Positions 50,131 to 63,269 of a DNA stretch of 64,000 nt are shown here, piece after piece. The stretch's first letter is position 1. Every line of letters begins with the position of its first letter. The position numbers and the translations under genes were made by a program. Under the pieces are notes generated by a model. The model ran no database searches and was not told the DNA's origin. It was given only the letters and a program-made list of their open reading frames with translations. This DNA comes from Mobula hypostoma (Eukaryota): assembly GCF_963921235.1 (NCBI RefSeq), contig NC_086097.1, positions 235,106,001-235,170,000 on the forward strand, given 5' to 3'.

Positions 50131-51084
50131 TGCTTGTAATGTTAGGTGATGAACATTTCTGACCGAGAACATTGCTGCCAGGAGATCCTGAATGGACTCA
50201 AGACAATGATCTTAGAGTGATTTGTAATGATCTTCTGTGTTAATGCTAAATTGTTCTTCTATCCAGGGGTAGTATTTATCCAATATTCATATTATTGCTG
50301 TTTCAGAAGCAAAATCTGATCAAACGCTTCAATACTCAGTAATTAGATTGCATTCATTAAAAAAAAATAATGATTTTGCTTAATTTATTTATAAACCCCT
50401 GGTTAATTGACAGGAGTTATATCTCAGAAGGCACAAAATGCCAGGAAGGAAGGAAGACAAATTTTTCTGAGAGCTCCATACTACAGATAAACTGCAAAAA
50501 AATTACAAGAGAACATGGACAGCTTTCAGTTACTGATGAGAATTGGAAGGATTCTGATGAGTATACAAAGCACATTAAATTCCCAGGAACAGATCTGATA
50601 ATACAAATTGGAAAATAGGAATCAGTGGAGAATAAATAGACAGCAGATCTCTTATATGGTTGATGAAACTAGAATGCTTCGCCTGAATAACAATTAGATA
50701 CAAGGTCACTGAAGCCATCCACTGTCATCTGTCAAAGCATGAATGTGGCATTTACACTGCACTATAAAGAAACCTGTGTTGCACAGAATCAGAAGTAACT
50801 TGACAACTTGCTAAGCATTTCAATAAAACCTCCCCTGACTATGATTGACATGATAAGCAGTGTCAAAAAAGCACTTCTAATGGTTTAAGAGAAATGTACT
50901 TCTTTACATGTGAAAGGAAACATTGAACAAAATCCACCGCACTTATCGTGAAGTGTATTGGTGGACGTATCTTTAGCCAATGCCAAGCAAACATACAAGA
51001 TGGCTGACACGTTTCAACAGAACATTTGATGCACCTGCTCTGTGTAATGTGAACTATAACCTGCATTTTACAGGAGCATCATTG

Positions 51085-52250
51085 AGAGCTTCCAGATAAA
51101 CTGTACCTCCATCTGGTATAGGAGCAGAAGAGCATTGGACGTCCCTACGAGGGACTGTGAGAACAGCTAAGAGGATCATAGTGGGTCTCTGTATCATCCA
51201 TCGGGGACATTTAGATTATGAAGACACGCAGTCCTCTTTTATTGTCATTTAGTATTGCATGCATTAATAAATGATACAATATTTCCTCCGGTGTGATATC
51301 GCAAAACACAGGACAGACCAAGACTGAAAAAAAAACTAACAAAACCACATAATTATAGCATATAGTTATAACAGTGCAACAATACCATAACTTGATGAAG
51401 AAGTCCATGAGCACAGTAAAAGTTCAAAGTCTCTCAAATATCCCACATCTCACGCAGATGGAGAAAAGGAAGAAAAACTCTCCCTGCCATACCCGACCAC
51501 GGTCTGACTCTGAGTCATCCGAAAACTTCGAGCCCTGATCAGCTCTCCGACACCGAGTACTGAGCGCCATCTCTATCCGAATGATTCGACCTCCTTCTCG
51601 GTCGCCAACAGCAGGCAAAGCCGAGGGTTTTGAGGGCTTCCCTCCAAAAGATTCCCGACCGCGCAGTAACGACAGCAGCAAATGAGCGTTTCAGAAATTT
51701 TTCCGGATGTTCCTCTGTGCTTTCATGTCCATCTTCATCAAATCAGAATTGTCCACGGCCCCTATTTAACAGATACGATATCATTTTTCATCGGAGAGCT
51801 GTGCACGCGCGGCGCGCTGCTTCTCTCTCCTCCCACCTTATTGGGAACATGCGTACACAGGGCCCTTAGTATTATTAAGGATCCCATCCATCCATCCAGC
51901 ATCCTCTTTGACTTTCTACAATCAGGCAGGAGACTACAATGCATAAAAACTAGGACGATCAGGATGGGCAACAGTTTCTTCCCTCAGGCCACTGGGCTTC
52001 TGAATTCCCTGCTGCACCGCCTTCGAAGTGTCACTGGTTGATCTGTTCCATGTCTTAAATATTTAATTTATGCAGATTAGTTTGTTATTTATGTGTGATT
52101 GATCTGTAGATTTTATCCTTTCCTTCTTGTGTCATGTGTGTTATGTGTACTACTGTGTTTTACACTCTGGTTCAGAGTAACATTATCTCATTTCTATATA
52201 CATTATATACATGTATATAGTTAAATGACAATACACCTGACTTGACGTGA
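51085..52250 (+). mobile_element. Rex1/Babar-type 3' fragment interrupted at 51214-51837
   Basis: RALSIIKDPIHPSSILFDFLQSGRR..RMGNSFFPQA. Collinear with 20560-21092. Confidence 0.8.
51214..51837 (-). mobile_element. Non-autonomous GC-rich retroposon, copy 2
   Basis: The reverse complement aligns with 18388-19016, ends CTAAATGACAATAAAAGAGGACTGCGTGTCTTCATAATC, and has TTA on both flanks. Confidence 0.8.
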
Positions 52251-53262
52251 AACATATACATTGGTAACTACTGTAGCACATCACCAGCCTTAAGGAAACT
52301 GCTTTGAAAAAATTGTTCAGGAATGATTCCTAATTGCATCTTTACACCTATTTAAGAGCTTAAGGAATGATCTGCTGTTATTTTATTACATTTAACGTGC
52401 ATCAAAACATTCAACATATAGATGAACAGCTGACTTTAGTACAAGCTAATGCAGGTCCGTTTTTGAACCCATCTTAAAGCAGAACGTCATTAACTTTGGC
52501 TCAGTGGAATCTTCCTTCTGGATTACATTTTGGAATTCAAAGTTGGTCATGAGTTCCACCTTCTTCAAATGATCTTGTAATTGAATTTTTTGGTCTTTAA
52601 TTGCTACTATCAAATGTTCATATTTATAAACCAGTCCCTCATCTTGCCAAAGTTATGTCAATCTAGTTCATGTTTTCTTTAAGTGTTGAGTTTTATAGAC
52701 CAGTTGTGGGTGTTATGGCCTTTTTAAAATATAAAAAATAATTCCTTTGTTTTGCACATTTTCCCCAGGGAGCTTGTTAAGTGGAGACACCTGTACTCTA
52801 CAAAATCCAGCCTTGTGAACATAATGAGAGGCACATCTTGTAAGAGTCAATTCATTAATAATTGCACAATAAGATGAGACTATTATTTTACAGAGTTGCT
52901 GAATTTTCACAGGCTTTTATAGAACAATAACTACAGCCAGTTGAATAATGATTATATGGAAAACTGCTGGCTTTCTTCCAGTGTTAGTAATGTTCCTTTG
53001 ACAGGGTCCCAGAGGGGACGATAAAATTATACTATAACCACACTAAGTATGTCTGCTCTACTGGAGCAGCGCTTAATGTTATAAATGGATTTTGGCAAAA
53101 CTTCCATTATGAGCTGAATTTTCTAAATTACTTTTCTGTTGTATTATTTATCAGCACTTGGATTTTGATGTTTTAGCCACTGAAGTATTTGAGGTAATTA
53201 ATTTGTTATCATATCTCATTTATTATTTGTAAGATGTACATTGAAGCATCGAGACATATAGT

Positions 53263-53525
53263 GGGCGCCACAGTAGCATAACAGTTAGCTCAATGTTACT
53301 ACACCTCAGGGTGTTGGAAGGTCAATTCTGATGTCATCGGTACAGCATCTGTATGTTCTCCCCATGGAATTCATAAGGTTTCTCCAGGTCCTCTGGTTTC
53401 CTCCCACAGTCCAAAGACGTACCAGTTAGTAGGGTAATTGGTCATTGTAACTTGTCTTGTGATTAGGCTAGGGTAAAATCAGGACTCAATAGGCTTATTT
53501 GTCGCTGTATCTATAAATAAACAAA
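53263..53525 (+). mobile_element. HE1/V-SINE-type SINE
   Basis: Collinear with 3690-3966 (CTCCCACAGTCCAAAGACGTACCAGTT..GGTAATTGGTCATTGTA..GTGATTAGGC). Confidence 0.8.
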
Positions 53526-53959
53526 TAGCATCAATTTGCATCAAAACAAATCAGCAAGGATTGTGCTGGGGGCAGTCAGCAAGTGTTACCACACCTCCAG
53601 TACCGATTTAGCTTACTCTCAATCTATCTAACTATGTAGGTATATTTAATAGGGTAGCCTCTATTGTTTCCCTGGACAGACAATTCCCAAGATTCACTGC
53701 TCTCTAGGAGAGTAATTGCTCCTCATATCCATAATATTTGAAGTAGTATCTCCTCATTCTAGACTCATTTAAGAATGGAAACAAATTTCCTGCCTCTATC
53801 TTATCTATCCCTTTAATAATTTAATATGTTTATGTAAGATGCCCTCTCATTCCAGGCAAGTTAATCCTTCTCAAAGGCTAAACCCTCATCTCTGGTGAAC
53901 CTCCTCTGCACTGCCTCCAAAGCCAGTATATCTTTCCTCAAGAAATCCAGATGTGGCCC

Positions 53960-54499
53960 CAGACGGGGAAGAGAGACAGGGCAATGTGTGGGAATCTTGT
54001 CAGGAAGTTCCAAGGGGAGGGGTTGAGCACCGCCAAGAGCTGTTCAAAGTTGTGTAGCTGCCTGAGGTGATTATAGTCAAGGCTCACCAGAAAGGAGACA
54101 GTAAGGATCAGAAAGGGAACACGTGGGCAGACATCAGGGTGAGGAGGGCAGCGGAAGAACAAGAAGCAACAGAAACTGCAAGTGTACGGAATGAAACTAC
54201 AGCTGTCAATCTAGTAAGATTACATGGAGATGTGAAAGACCACTGTAACCAGGGTAAAGTGTTCAAGGACTGAACAATACAACAGAAGCACATTTGCTGA
54301 TCAGAGAGAGCCAGTGGGAAAGGAAGTAATCCTCCCTCAGCCAGGTGACCAAGTCGTGGTGAGGGTATTGCCTGAAAAGATAGGGTTTGCTCCCAGATGG
54401 ATAGGACCACAGATGGTACTTATGACAAATAACACTTTTGTCTGTGTGCAGACTCGGCGAGTCAGCCAGTGGAAACAGTGGACTCAGGTGAAACTGTAG
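53960..54499 (+). pseudogene. pol: Class I ERV pol remnant (RNase H C-terminus close to integrase C-terminus)
   Basis: LPEVIIVKAHQKGDSKDQKGNTWAD..RAA and PQPGDQVVVR..PRWIGPQMVLMTNNT..WKQWTQVK. Confidence 0.8.
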
Positions 54500-55382
54500 G
54501 ATTCACCTTCTTGTCGTCCCCACAGACAGAGTGGGAGATCAAATGTACCTGGCAACAGTGTCATTGCAGAGAACCTAAGTGATCAACACCAGCCCACTGC
54601 ATCAGACCTGACCACAGCTGATGGAAGCTGACCCACAGCAAATGTGAAGGCAGAGGACACTGAGAGAGCACGACTGAAAGTCATGAATAGCATGTTAAAT
54701 TGTAATAGTAATGGCACTCTGCAATGAAGGCTGGTTGCTGACAGTAGATGATTAGTTGAATAGCATAGAAATGAAAATATATTGGGGTAAATAAAATGGA
54801 AAGAATCCAAGTTACAGTAGAGACATCTGGTTCCACAACTTTGATGGCATGGCAGACTGAGAAAGAGATGAAATTGCACACAGCATCGGAAGGCAGCCAC
54901 CACCAGCCTGAAAGGGCAGTGAATACAAATCAACTCTGCCAGTTGGGCCAGCGATCAACTGGACAGTTCAGAAGGGTGTGCCACCAGGGAGAGGTCCTTG
55001 CAGTCATTCAAATAGAGACCAACCCAACCTTCCTGTATATTGATGATATATTTCCTTTGCTAGTGCCCCTAGAAAGAGAGAGTTTTAGCTATCAGAGAAT
55101 GAAGAGGTAAAGATAAAGTGTATGATTGAACTGCAATCAGCCAGCAAGGAAGGGGGCATATGAATGATGGAACTGCATTTTTAAAGACTTCTGTTCAAAT
55201 TTCTGAAGCAATCGCTCTGCTTAGTGCCTTGTGGATAGCCTTTATGGATGATAGGGTAGATGTAGATGCAAATAATGTAATTGGGGGGATTCCAAGGCAG
55301 TTAATTTTTGCTGCTCTATTTGAGTAGATTCTCCTTAAGTTTGGCCTTTACTGGCACAAATTTATTTTTGTCCAGGAGGGCC

Positions 55383-56019
55383 AAAAGGAGGGACTGTTCG
55401 AGCATATTCTGGATTTAGGGTGTATAGCAGTACATTAACTTCAGCAACTAACTTCAGCCACCAAACTTCACATATGAATATAGACTGTAGATTAAATTTA
55501 AAATGCAGCTTTGGACCATGGGTTCCTAAGAACTGTGGACCCCAGTTAATTGGAAGACCAAGCATTGGTGAGTTAGAATTCTTTTGGGTGTCTGTAGTGT
55601 GAGTCTGAGGAGGGAGGCGCAAAAGTCATACGTAATTCAAAGAGAAGCATTGCAGATACATTATAAATAGAGTTTTTCCTTTGATCTTTAGCATAGAAAA
55701 TACCATGTAATATTGGGTCAAGCCGGTCTCTTCCACTGATAGGGTTTTCAACATGATGCCTGTAAAGTCTCATTTTGTGGAACAAAGACTACTTCATATC
55801 TACCGACTACGTCTCTCCAGTGACTTTGTTCACACACCAAAAACTGTACCAAACCTTTTCAAAGCTTGAACAAATTTTATGCAAAACTTTTGGCTTTGTA
55901 CATGACACGTGCTCCTGAGAAGACAAATCGTGATGTATCATTAATTTCTCTCTTGCTATAAATTCTGTATTGGTGATTACTCTCTGTATTCCCATTAGGG
56001 ACAAAGTCATTGAGCAACA
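55383..56019 (+). repeat. PPT and probable 3' LTR of the second ERV
   Basis: AAAAGGAGGGAC is immediately followed by TGTT at 55395. The end ...GAGCAACA at 56019 is tentative. Confidence 0.45.
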
Positions 56020-56859
56020 GTACATATAGCAGGAAATTTGAAACTGAATGTACGGATTTTTAAAATGGGATTTGTTTTCTGCAATCAAAAGGGAAATGAG
56101 ATCATAATTTGTAAACCAAATGAATGGCATCCAATAAAATAGTAATATTTTACATGAGGCACGTTAGACCAGAATCTATCTTGGTGACAATCCTCTCAGT
56201 GTGAAACCACAACGTCAATATGGAACAGATGATATAATTGCAGGGAAAGATAGAAACTGCAAAATACTATTTAACATGATAATCATGCCTTTTTTCACTT
56301 GATGCTTTTAGCTACACTTCTCCCCGTTATTTTATTCATCTTTCATTGGAAACCTGTCTGATTTTAAAAAGAAAGCAAGGCTACAGCAACATCAGTGTAC
56401 TGTGGGAGCTTATAGAGCTGCAGAGCAGTGTGCAGTGCTCTGACAAAGTTTTATAGATTACCTTGGAGACCGTTCTAACTGGTTGCATCAGTGTGTGGTG
56501 TGGAGGGACCGCTGCACAGGATGCAGAGAACTTTAAACTCAGCCAGCTCCATCATGGGCACTGGCCTCACCAGCAAGGAGGACATCTTCAGAAGCTGACG
56601 CCTCAGAAAGCTCGCATCCATCACCCAGGACACACTCTCTTCTTATTAGAACATAGAACATAGAATAGTACAGCACAGTACAGGCCCTTCGGCCCACCAT
56701 GTTGTGCCGACCCTCAACACCTGCCTCCCATAAAATGTATTCTGCAGATGTGCAGTAGACAACATCCTAACAAGCTGCTTCACTGCTTGGTAAGGAACTG
56801 CACTGCAGCGGATAGGAAATCTCTACAATGAGCAGCCAAAACTACCCAATGCATCACCA

Positions 56860-59278
56860 AGGGTTTAGATGGGGCAGAATTTGTTAAGTGTGGCCGGGAT
56901 GGATTCCTGTCACAGTATGTGGACAGGCCGACCAGGGGGAATGCCATACTAGATCTAGTATTAGGTAATGAACCGGGTCAGGTCACAGATCTCTCAGTGG
57001 GTGAGCATCTGGGGGACAGTGACCACTGCTCCCTGGCCTTTATAATTATCATGGAAAAGGATAGAATCAAAGAGGACAGGAAAATTTTTAATTGGGGAAA
57101 GGCAAATTATGAGGCTATAAGGCTAGAACTTGCGGGTGTGAATTGGGATGATGTTTTTGCAGGGAAATGTACTATGGACATGTGGTCAATGTTTAGAGAT
57201 CTCTTGCGGGATGTAAGGGATAAATTTGTCCCGGTGAGGAAGATAAAGAATGGTAGGGTGAAGGAACCATGGGTGACAAGTGAGGTGGAAAATCTAGTCA
57301 GGTGGAAGAAGGCAGCATACATGAGGTTTAGGAAGCAAGGATCAGATGGATCTATTGAGGAATATAGGGGAGCAAGAAAGGAGCTTAAGAAGGGGCTGAG
57401 AAGAGCAAGAAGGGGGCATGAGAAGGCCTTGGCGAGTAGGGTAAAGGAAAACCCCAAGGCATTCTTCAATTATGTGAAGAAAAAAAGGATGACAGGAGTG
57501 AAGGTAGGACTGATTAGAGATAAAGGTGGGAAGATGTGCCTGGAGGCTGTGGAAGTGAGCGAGGTCCTCAATGAATACTTCTCTTCGGTATTCACCAATG
57601 ACAGGGAACTTGATGATGGTGAGGACAATATGAGTGAGGTTGATGTTCTGGAGCATGTTGATATTAAGGGAGAGGAGGTGTTGGAGTTGTTAAAATACAT
57701 TAGGACGGATAAGTCCCCGGGGCCTGACAGAATATTCCCCAGGCTGCTCCACGAGGCGAGAGAAGAGATTGCTGAGCCTCTGGCTAGGATCTTTATGTCC
57801 TTGTTGTCCACGGGAATGGTACCGGAGGATTGGAGGGAGGCGAATGTTGTTCCCTTGTTCAAAAAAGGTAGTAGGGATAGGCCGGGTAATGATAGACCAG
57901 TGAGCCTTACATCTGTGGTGAGAAAGCTGTTGGAAAAGATTCTTAGAGATAGGATCTATAGGCATTTAGAGAATCATGGCCTGATCAGGGACAGTCAGCA
58001 TGGCTTTGTGAAGGGCAGATCGTGTCTAACAAGCCTGATAGAGTTCTTTGAGGAGGTGACTAGGCATATAGATGAGGGTAGTGCAGTGGATGTGATCTAT
58101 ATGGATTTTAGTAAGGCATTTGACAAGGTGCCACACAGTAGGCTTATTCAGAAAGTTAGAAGGCATGGGATCCAAGGAAGTTTGGCCAGGTGGATTCAGA
58201 ATTGGCTTGCCTGCAGAAGGCAGAGGGTGGTGGTGGAGGGAGTACATTCAGATTGGAGGATTGTGACTAGTGGTGTCCCACAAGGATCTGTTCTGGGACC
58301 TCTACTTTTCGTGATTTTTATTAGCAACCTGGATGTGGGGGTAGAAGGATGGGTTGGCAAGTTTGCAGACGACACAAAGGTTGGTGGTGTTGTAGATAGT
58401 GTAGAGGATTGTCGAGGATTGTCAAAGATTGCAGAGAGACATTGATAGGATGTAGAAGTGGGCTGAGAAGTGGCAGATGGATTTCAACCCGGAGAACTGT
58501 GAGGTGGTACACTTTGGAAGGACAAACTCCAAGGCAGAGTACAAAGTAAATGGCAGGATACTTGGTAGTGTGGAGGAGCAGAGGGATCTCGGGGTACATG
58601 TCCACAGATCCCTGAAAGTTGTCTCACAGGTGGATAAGGTAGTTAAGAAAGCTTATGGGGTGTTAGCTTTCATAAGTCGAGGGATAGAGTTTAAGAGTCG
58701 CGATGTAATGATGCAGCTCTATAAAACTCTGGTTAGGCCACACTTGGGAGTACTCTGTCCAGTTCTGGTCACCTCACTATAGGAAGGATGTGGATGCATT
58801 GGAAAGGGTACAGAGGAGATTTACCAGGATGCTGCCTGGTTTAGAAAGTATGCATTATGATCAGAGATTAAGGGAGCTAGGGCTTTACTCTTTGGAGAGA
58901 AGGAGGATGAGAGGAGACATGATAGAGGTGTACAAGATAATAAGAGGAATAGATAGAGTGGATAGCCAGCACCTCTTCCCTAGGGCACCACTGCTCAATA
59001 CAAGAGGACATGGCTTTAAGGTAAGGGGTGGGAAGTTCAAGGGGGATATTAGAGGAAGGTTTTTCACTCAGAGAGTGGTTGTTGCGTGGAATGCACTGCC
59101 TGAGTCAGTGGTGGAGGCAGATACACTAGTGAAGTTTAAGAGACTACTCGACAGGTATATGGAGGAATCTAAGGTGGGGGTTTATATGGAAGGCAAGGTT
59201 TGAGGGTCGGCACAACATTGTGGGCCGTAGGGCCTGTAATGTGCTGTACTAGTCTACGTTCTATGTTCTATGTTCTAT
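56860..59278 (+). mobile_element. 5'-truncated CR1 LINE, relatively well preserved ORF2
   Basis: ORF 56919-58445 (PTRGNAILDLVL, GDSDH, QHGF, FADD) continues in 58477-58782 and 58790-59203, with tail (CTATGTT)n. It is inserted in a Rex1 fragment with ATCAC on both sides. Confidence 0.96.
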
Positions 59279-59712
59279 CACTGGCACCAGTCTATCCACC
59301 ATCAAAGATATATTGTGTTGAAAAAAGGACCAGTAACATCATGAAGGATCCCACCCACCTTGCTGAAGGACTGTTTGTCTCACTCCCACCTGGCTGTGTT
59401 GCACCTATGCCAAAACTACCAAACTCAAAAACTGCTACTTTCCCCAAGCAGTAAGGCTGCTTAACATCTCTACCCACCAACTCCACCACTACTTTATTAT
59501 TTCCTGTCAGTTACCTCATGTACAGCCTAGTGTCAATTTTATGGACATACAACCAATCTATCTTATTATTTATATTTATTTTGTTTTATTGCTATTGTGT
59601 TCTTTATCATTTATGCTTCTTTTGTGTTGCATCAGATCAGAAGTAACAATTATTCTGTTCTCCTTTACACTGGTGTCCAGGAAATTAAGTTAAACTATCT
59701 TGAATCTTGAAT
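59279..59712 (+). mobile_element. Rex1/Babar 3' fragment (continues from 56735-56858)
   Basis: NIMKDPTHLAEGLFVSLP and tail (TCTTGAA)n. Confidence 0.75.
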
Positions 59713-60304
59713 ATATGGATCTAGCTGCCAGAGAAGTGGTTGAGGCAGACACAATAATAACATTAAAGAGGCAAGGGGTGGGTATTACTACCACCAGAGA
59801 TGAGATATAATAGCCTGAAGACACACACTCAATATTTTAGGAACATCTTCTTCCTCTTTGCCAATAAATTTCTATTCAACCTATTGAGTTTGCTCTGCCA
59901 TTCCATCATGGCTGAACCCCAATCTCCTACCTTCTTCCAGTAACCTTTGACACCCTTACTAATCAAGAACGTATCAACCTCTGCTTTAAATATACTCATT
60001 GAACCAACACATGAACACAACCTCACTATTTTTGTTCTCTTCTTCCACTACTTACTTTCATTTTTTATATATATATATTTCTTATTGTAATGTATCGTAT
60101 ATTTTATGTATTGCATTGTATTGCTGCCACGAAGCAACACAGTTCACAACAAACATCAATGGTAATAAATATGGTTCTGATCCTGATTCCCCGAAGTTTC
60201 TAATAGTCGGTGAATTGCTCAAACAGATGTAATTGGATGACATAGGCTTTTTTGGGACGGATGGGCCTGTTACTGTGCTGTGTCTCTAAATTTTAAAATA
60301 TTAA

Positions 60305-61160
60305 AACACCATAGATCATAAGACACAGGATCAGAATTAAACCATTCGGCCTATCAAGTCTGCTCCGCCATTCCATCATAACCGATTTATTTTCCCTCTG
60401 AACTCCATTTTCCTGCCTTCTTCCCTTAACCTTTGATGTACTGACTAACACTGTATTATCCTCCACTTTAAATATGCTCAATATATATCTTTAAATATGC
60501 TTGGCCTCCACTGCCATCTGTTGCAATGAATTCCTCAGATTCACTACTCTCCAGCTAAAGAAATTCCTTCTCATCTCTGTTCTCAATGGGCATCCCTCCA
60601 TTCTGTGGCTGTGCCCTCTGGTTCTAGACTCCCCCCACCATCGGAAACATGCTCTCCACGTCCATGTTGTCTAGGCCTTTCAATATTCAATAGGTATCAA
60701 TGAGATCCCCCCCACCACCACCCTGTCATTACTCTAAACTTCATCTAATACATGCCTCGAGCCATGGAACACTCTTCATAAGCTCACCCTTTCTTTCTCG
60801 GAATCATTCTCGTGAATCTTTTCTGGATCTTCTCCAATGTCAGCATATCCTTTTTTAGGTAAGGGGCACGAGTCTGTGCAGTCTGAGCAATGCTTCATAA
60901 AGCTCCAAAAGCATATCTTATATTCTAGTCCTCTCAAAATGAATGCAAACATTGTATTTGCTTTCCTTACCACTGACTCAGTCGGCAGTTATTCCCAAGC
61001 ATTCCCAAGTCCCTTGACACCTCAGATTTTGGAATTTCCTCCCTATTTGGAAAATAGTCTATGCCTTTATTTCTTCTACCAAAGTGCATGTTCATACTCT
61101 TGCCTATACTATATTCCATCTGCCACTTTGCCCAATCTCCCAATCTGTCCAGGTCACAGA
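60305..61160 (-). mobile_element. Degenerate CR1 3' fragment
   Basis: LDRLGDWAKWQMEYS..MHFGRRN, VRKANTMFAFI and a 3' UTR like that at 10830-11230. Confidence 0.85.
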
Positions 61161-61611
61161 CACGCATAGATCTAAAGAACAAGAACCGGGCTGAGCAGTT
61201 AAATTGATGAATTAGAAAATTAGTTTATTAGTGTCAAATGCACAGAGGCACAGTGAGAACCTTCTTGTTCATTGAGATCAATTCATTACAACAGTGCATT
61301 GTGATTGTAGAAAGTAAAACAATAACAAAATGTTGAATAAAGCATTGCACTTACCAAAAATGTGCAATGCGCATAGACAATAAGGCACAAAATCATATTG
61401 AATTGATTATGAGGTCAAGAGTCCAGTCAATAGTCTTATAACAACTGTCTAGAAGCTGTTCTTGAGTCTGGTGGTATGTGCTTTCAGAGGTTTCTATCTT
61501 CTTCTTGAAAGGAGGAGGTACAGAGAGAATTCTGGGGTGGGTGGAGTCCCTGATTATGTTGACTCCAGTGAGAAATATAGACAGAATCCATGGATGGGAT
61601 TCCATGATGTT

Positions 61612-62145
61612 AGAAACATAGAAACGTAGAAACGTAGAAACCTAGAAAAACTGCAGAACAATATAGGCCTTTTGGCCCACAAAACTGTGCCAAACATGTC
61701 CTTACCTTAAAAATTACCTGAGGTTACCCATAGCCCTCTATTTTTTCTGAGCTCTATGTACCTGTCCAGGAGTCTCTTAAAAGACCGTATCGTATCTACC
61801 TCCACCGCTGTTGCCGGCAGCCCATTCCATGCACTCACCACTCTCTACGTAAAAAAACTTACCCCTGACATCTCCTCTGTACCTGCTTCCAAGCACCTTA
61901 AAACTGTGCCCTCTTGTGCTAGCCATTTCAGCCCTGGGAAAAACCCTCTGACTTGTGGATAGATCAATGCCTCTCATCATCTTATACAGCTCTATCAGGT
62001 CACCTATCATCCTCCGTCGCTCCAAGGAAAAAAGACAGAGTTCACTCAACATATTGTCATAAGGCATGCTCCCCAATCCAGGCAACATCCTCGTAAATCT
62101 CCTCTGCGCCCTTTCTATGGTTTCCACAGTGAGGCGACCAGAATT
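61612..62145 (-). mobile_element. CR1 3' fragment inserted in a minus-strand Rex1 remnant (61210-62540)
   Basis: IERAQRRFTRMLPGL..LERRRMIGDLIE and tail (TAGAAACG)n on the plus strand. Confidence 0.85.
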
Positions 62146-63269
62146 GATCTGTTCTGACCTGTGTCCACAACTCTCTGCAGTTTCTAGTGGTCATGGACAG
62201 AGCTCTTTCCATACCAAGCCGGGATGATTGTGAATAGGGTGCTTACTGTAGTGCATCAAATTCGTGAAGTTCAAAGGGGATGTTTTATTTTTTTAGTCTC
62301 CTGAGGAAGTATAGATGCTAGCGAGCTTTACTAACTGTGGCATCAATGTGGCTGAAGTAGGACAAGCTATAAGCCTCTCAACCTTCCCGACCTTAGCGCC
62401 GCTGATGCAAGCGGAATCACTTGCAATGTCCACTTCCTGAAGTTAGCGACCAGCTCCTTTGTTTTGCTGACATTGAAAGAAAATGGCTTTCATCAGGAAG
62501 GAATGAACTGCCCAACTTCTTTTGTAGCCGACTATAGCCTGTAAGCCTTACCACAACTGATGACTGACTGGGACTCAACGTTGAATTGGTATTGACTCTT
62601 GGCAATCTTGATAGCTTTACAAAGGTTGCATCTTAATCCCTTGTATAGGTAAGGGTCAATTTTACTGATGGTTTCTCACAGACATGCAAACTACAGATAC
62701 GTATATTTTTAAACTTACATTTAAACATTTTATTGAGCATGAAATAAGGGCTGAAACTAACACATGACATTAATATAAATGCTGAAATAGTGTCAGCATT
62801 GAAATGCAAAAAGAAAATTAAATTTGTTTTCATGCAGATACTAATCCGCAGATTTCTTTTCAGCCAATCGCATTGTTAAATAGAAGCCATGGATTTCTAT
62901 GGGATTAAAAATTCACTTGATCCATATTAAACAAAGTGTAGCATTTTCAAAGTTTACTTGCATTGTTCAAAATTAACTGAAGTTCTCAAAAGATTACTGA
63001 CGTCTGAAGAGTGCACTTAAGAGGGGTCAAAGAGACCCCTGAGAAAATCTTCGAAGTTAAGTATATCTTATGCATACTCCAGTAACTGACTTCAGTTTTC
63101 CTCTACAATATCAGTGAAAATGATAGCCTTGCCATTATTTTTCCCCAACTACTTCAAGCTACTCACTTACTCCCCATAACATGGCACATTATTTTGACTG
63201 GAAACGCATAGAGGAACAGAAGGCTAGCTTTATTTGAAATGGTGTTGTAAACTGGAACAACAAACTTCA

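Noticed and set aside
56919..59203. Intact active LINE ORF2
   Set aside because: It is 5'-truncated within the endonuclease and has frameshifts and a stop near 58420-58460 and 58750.
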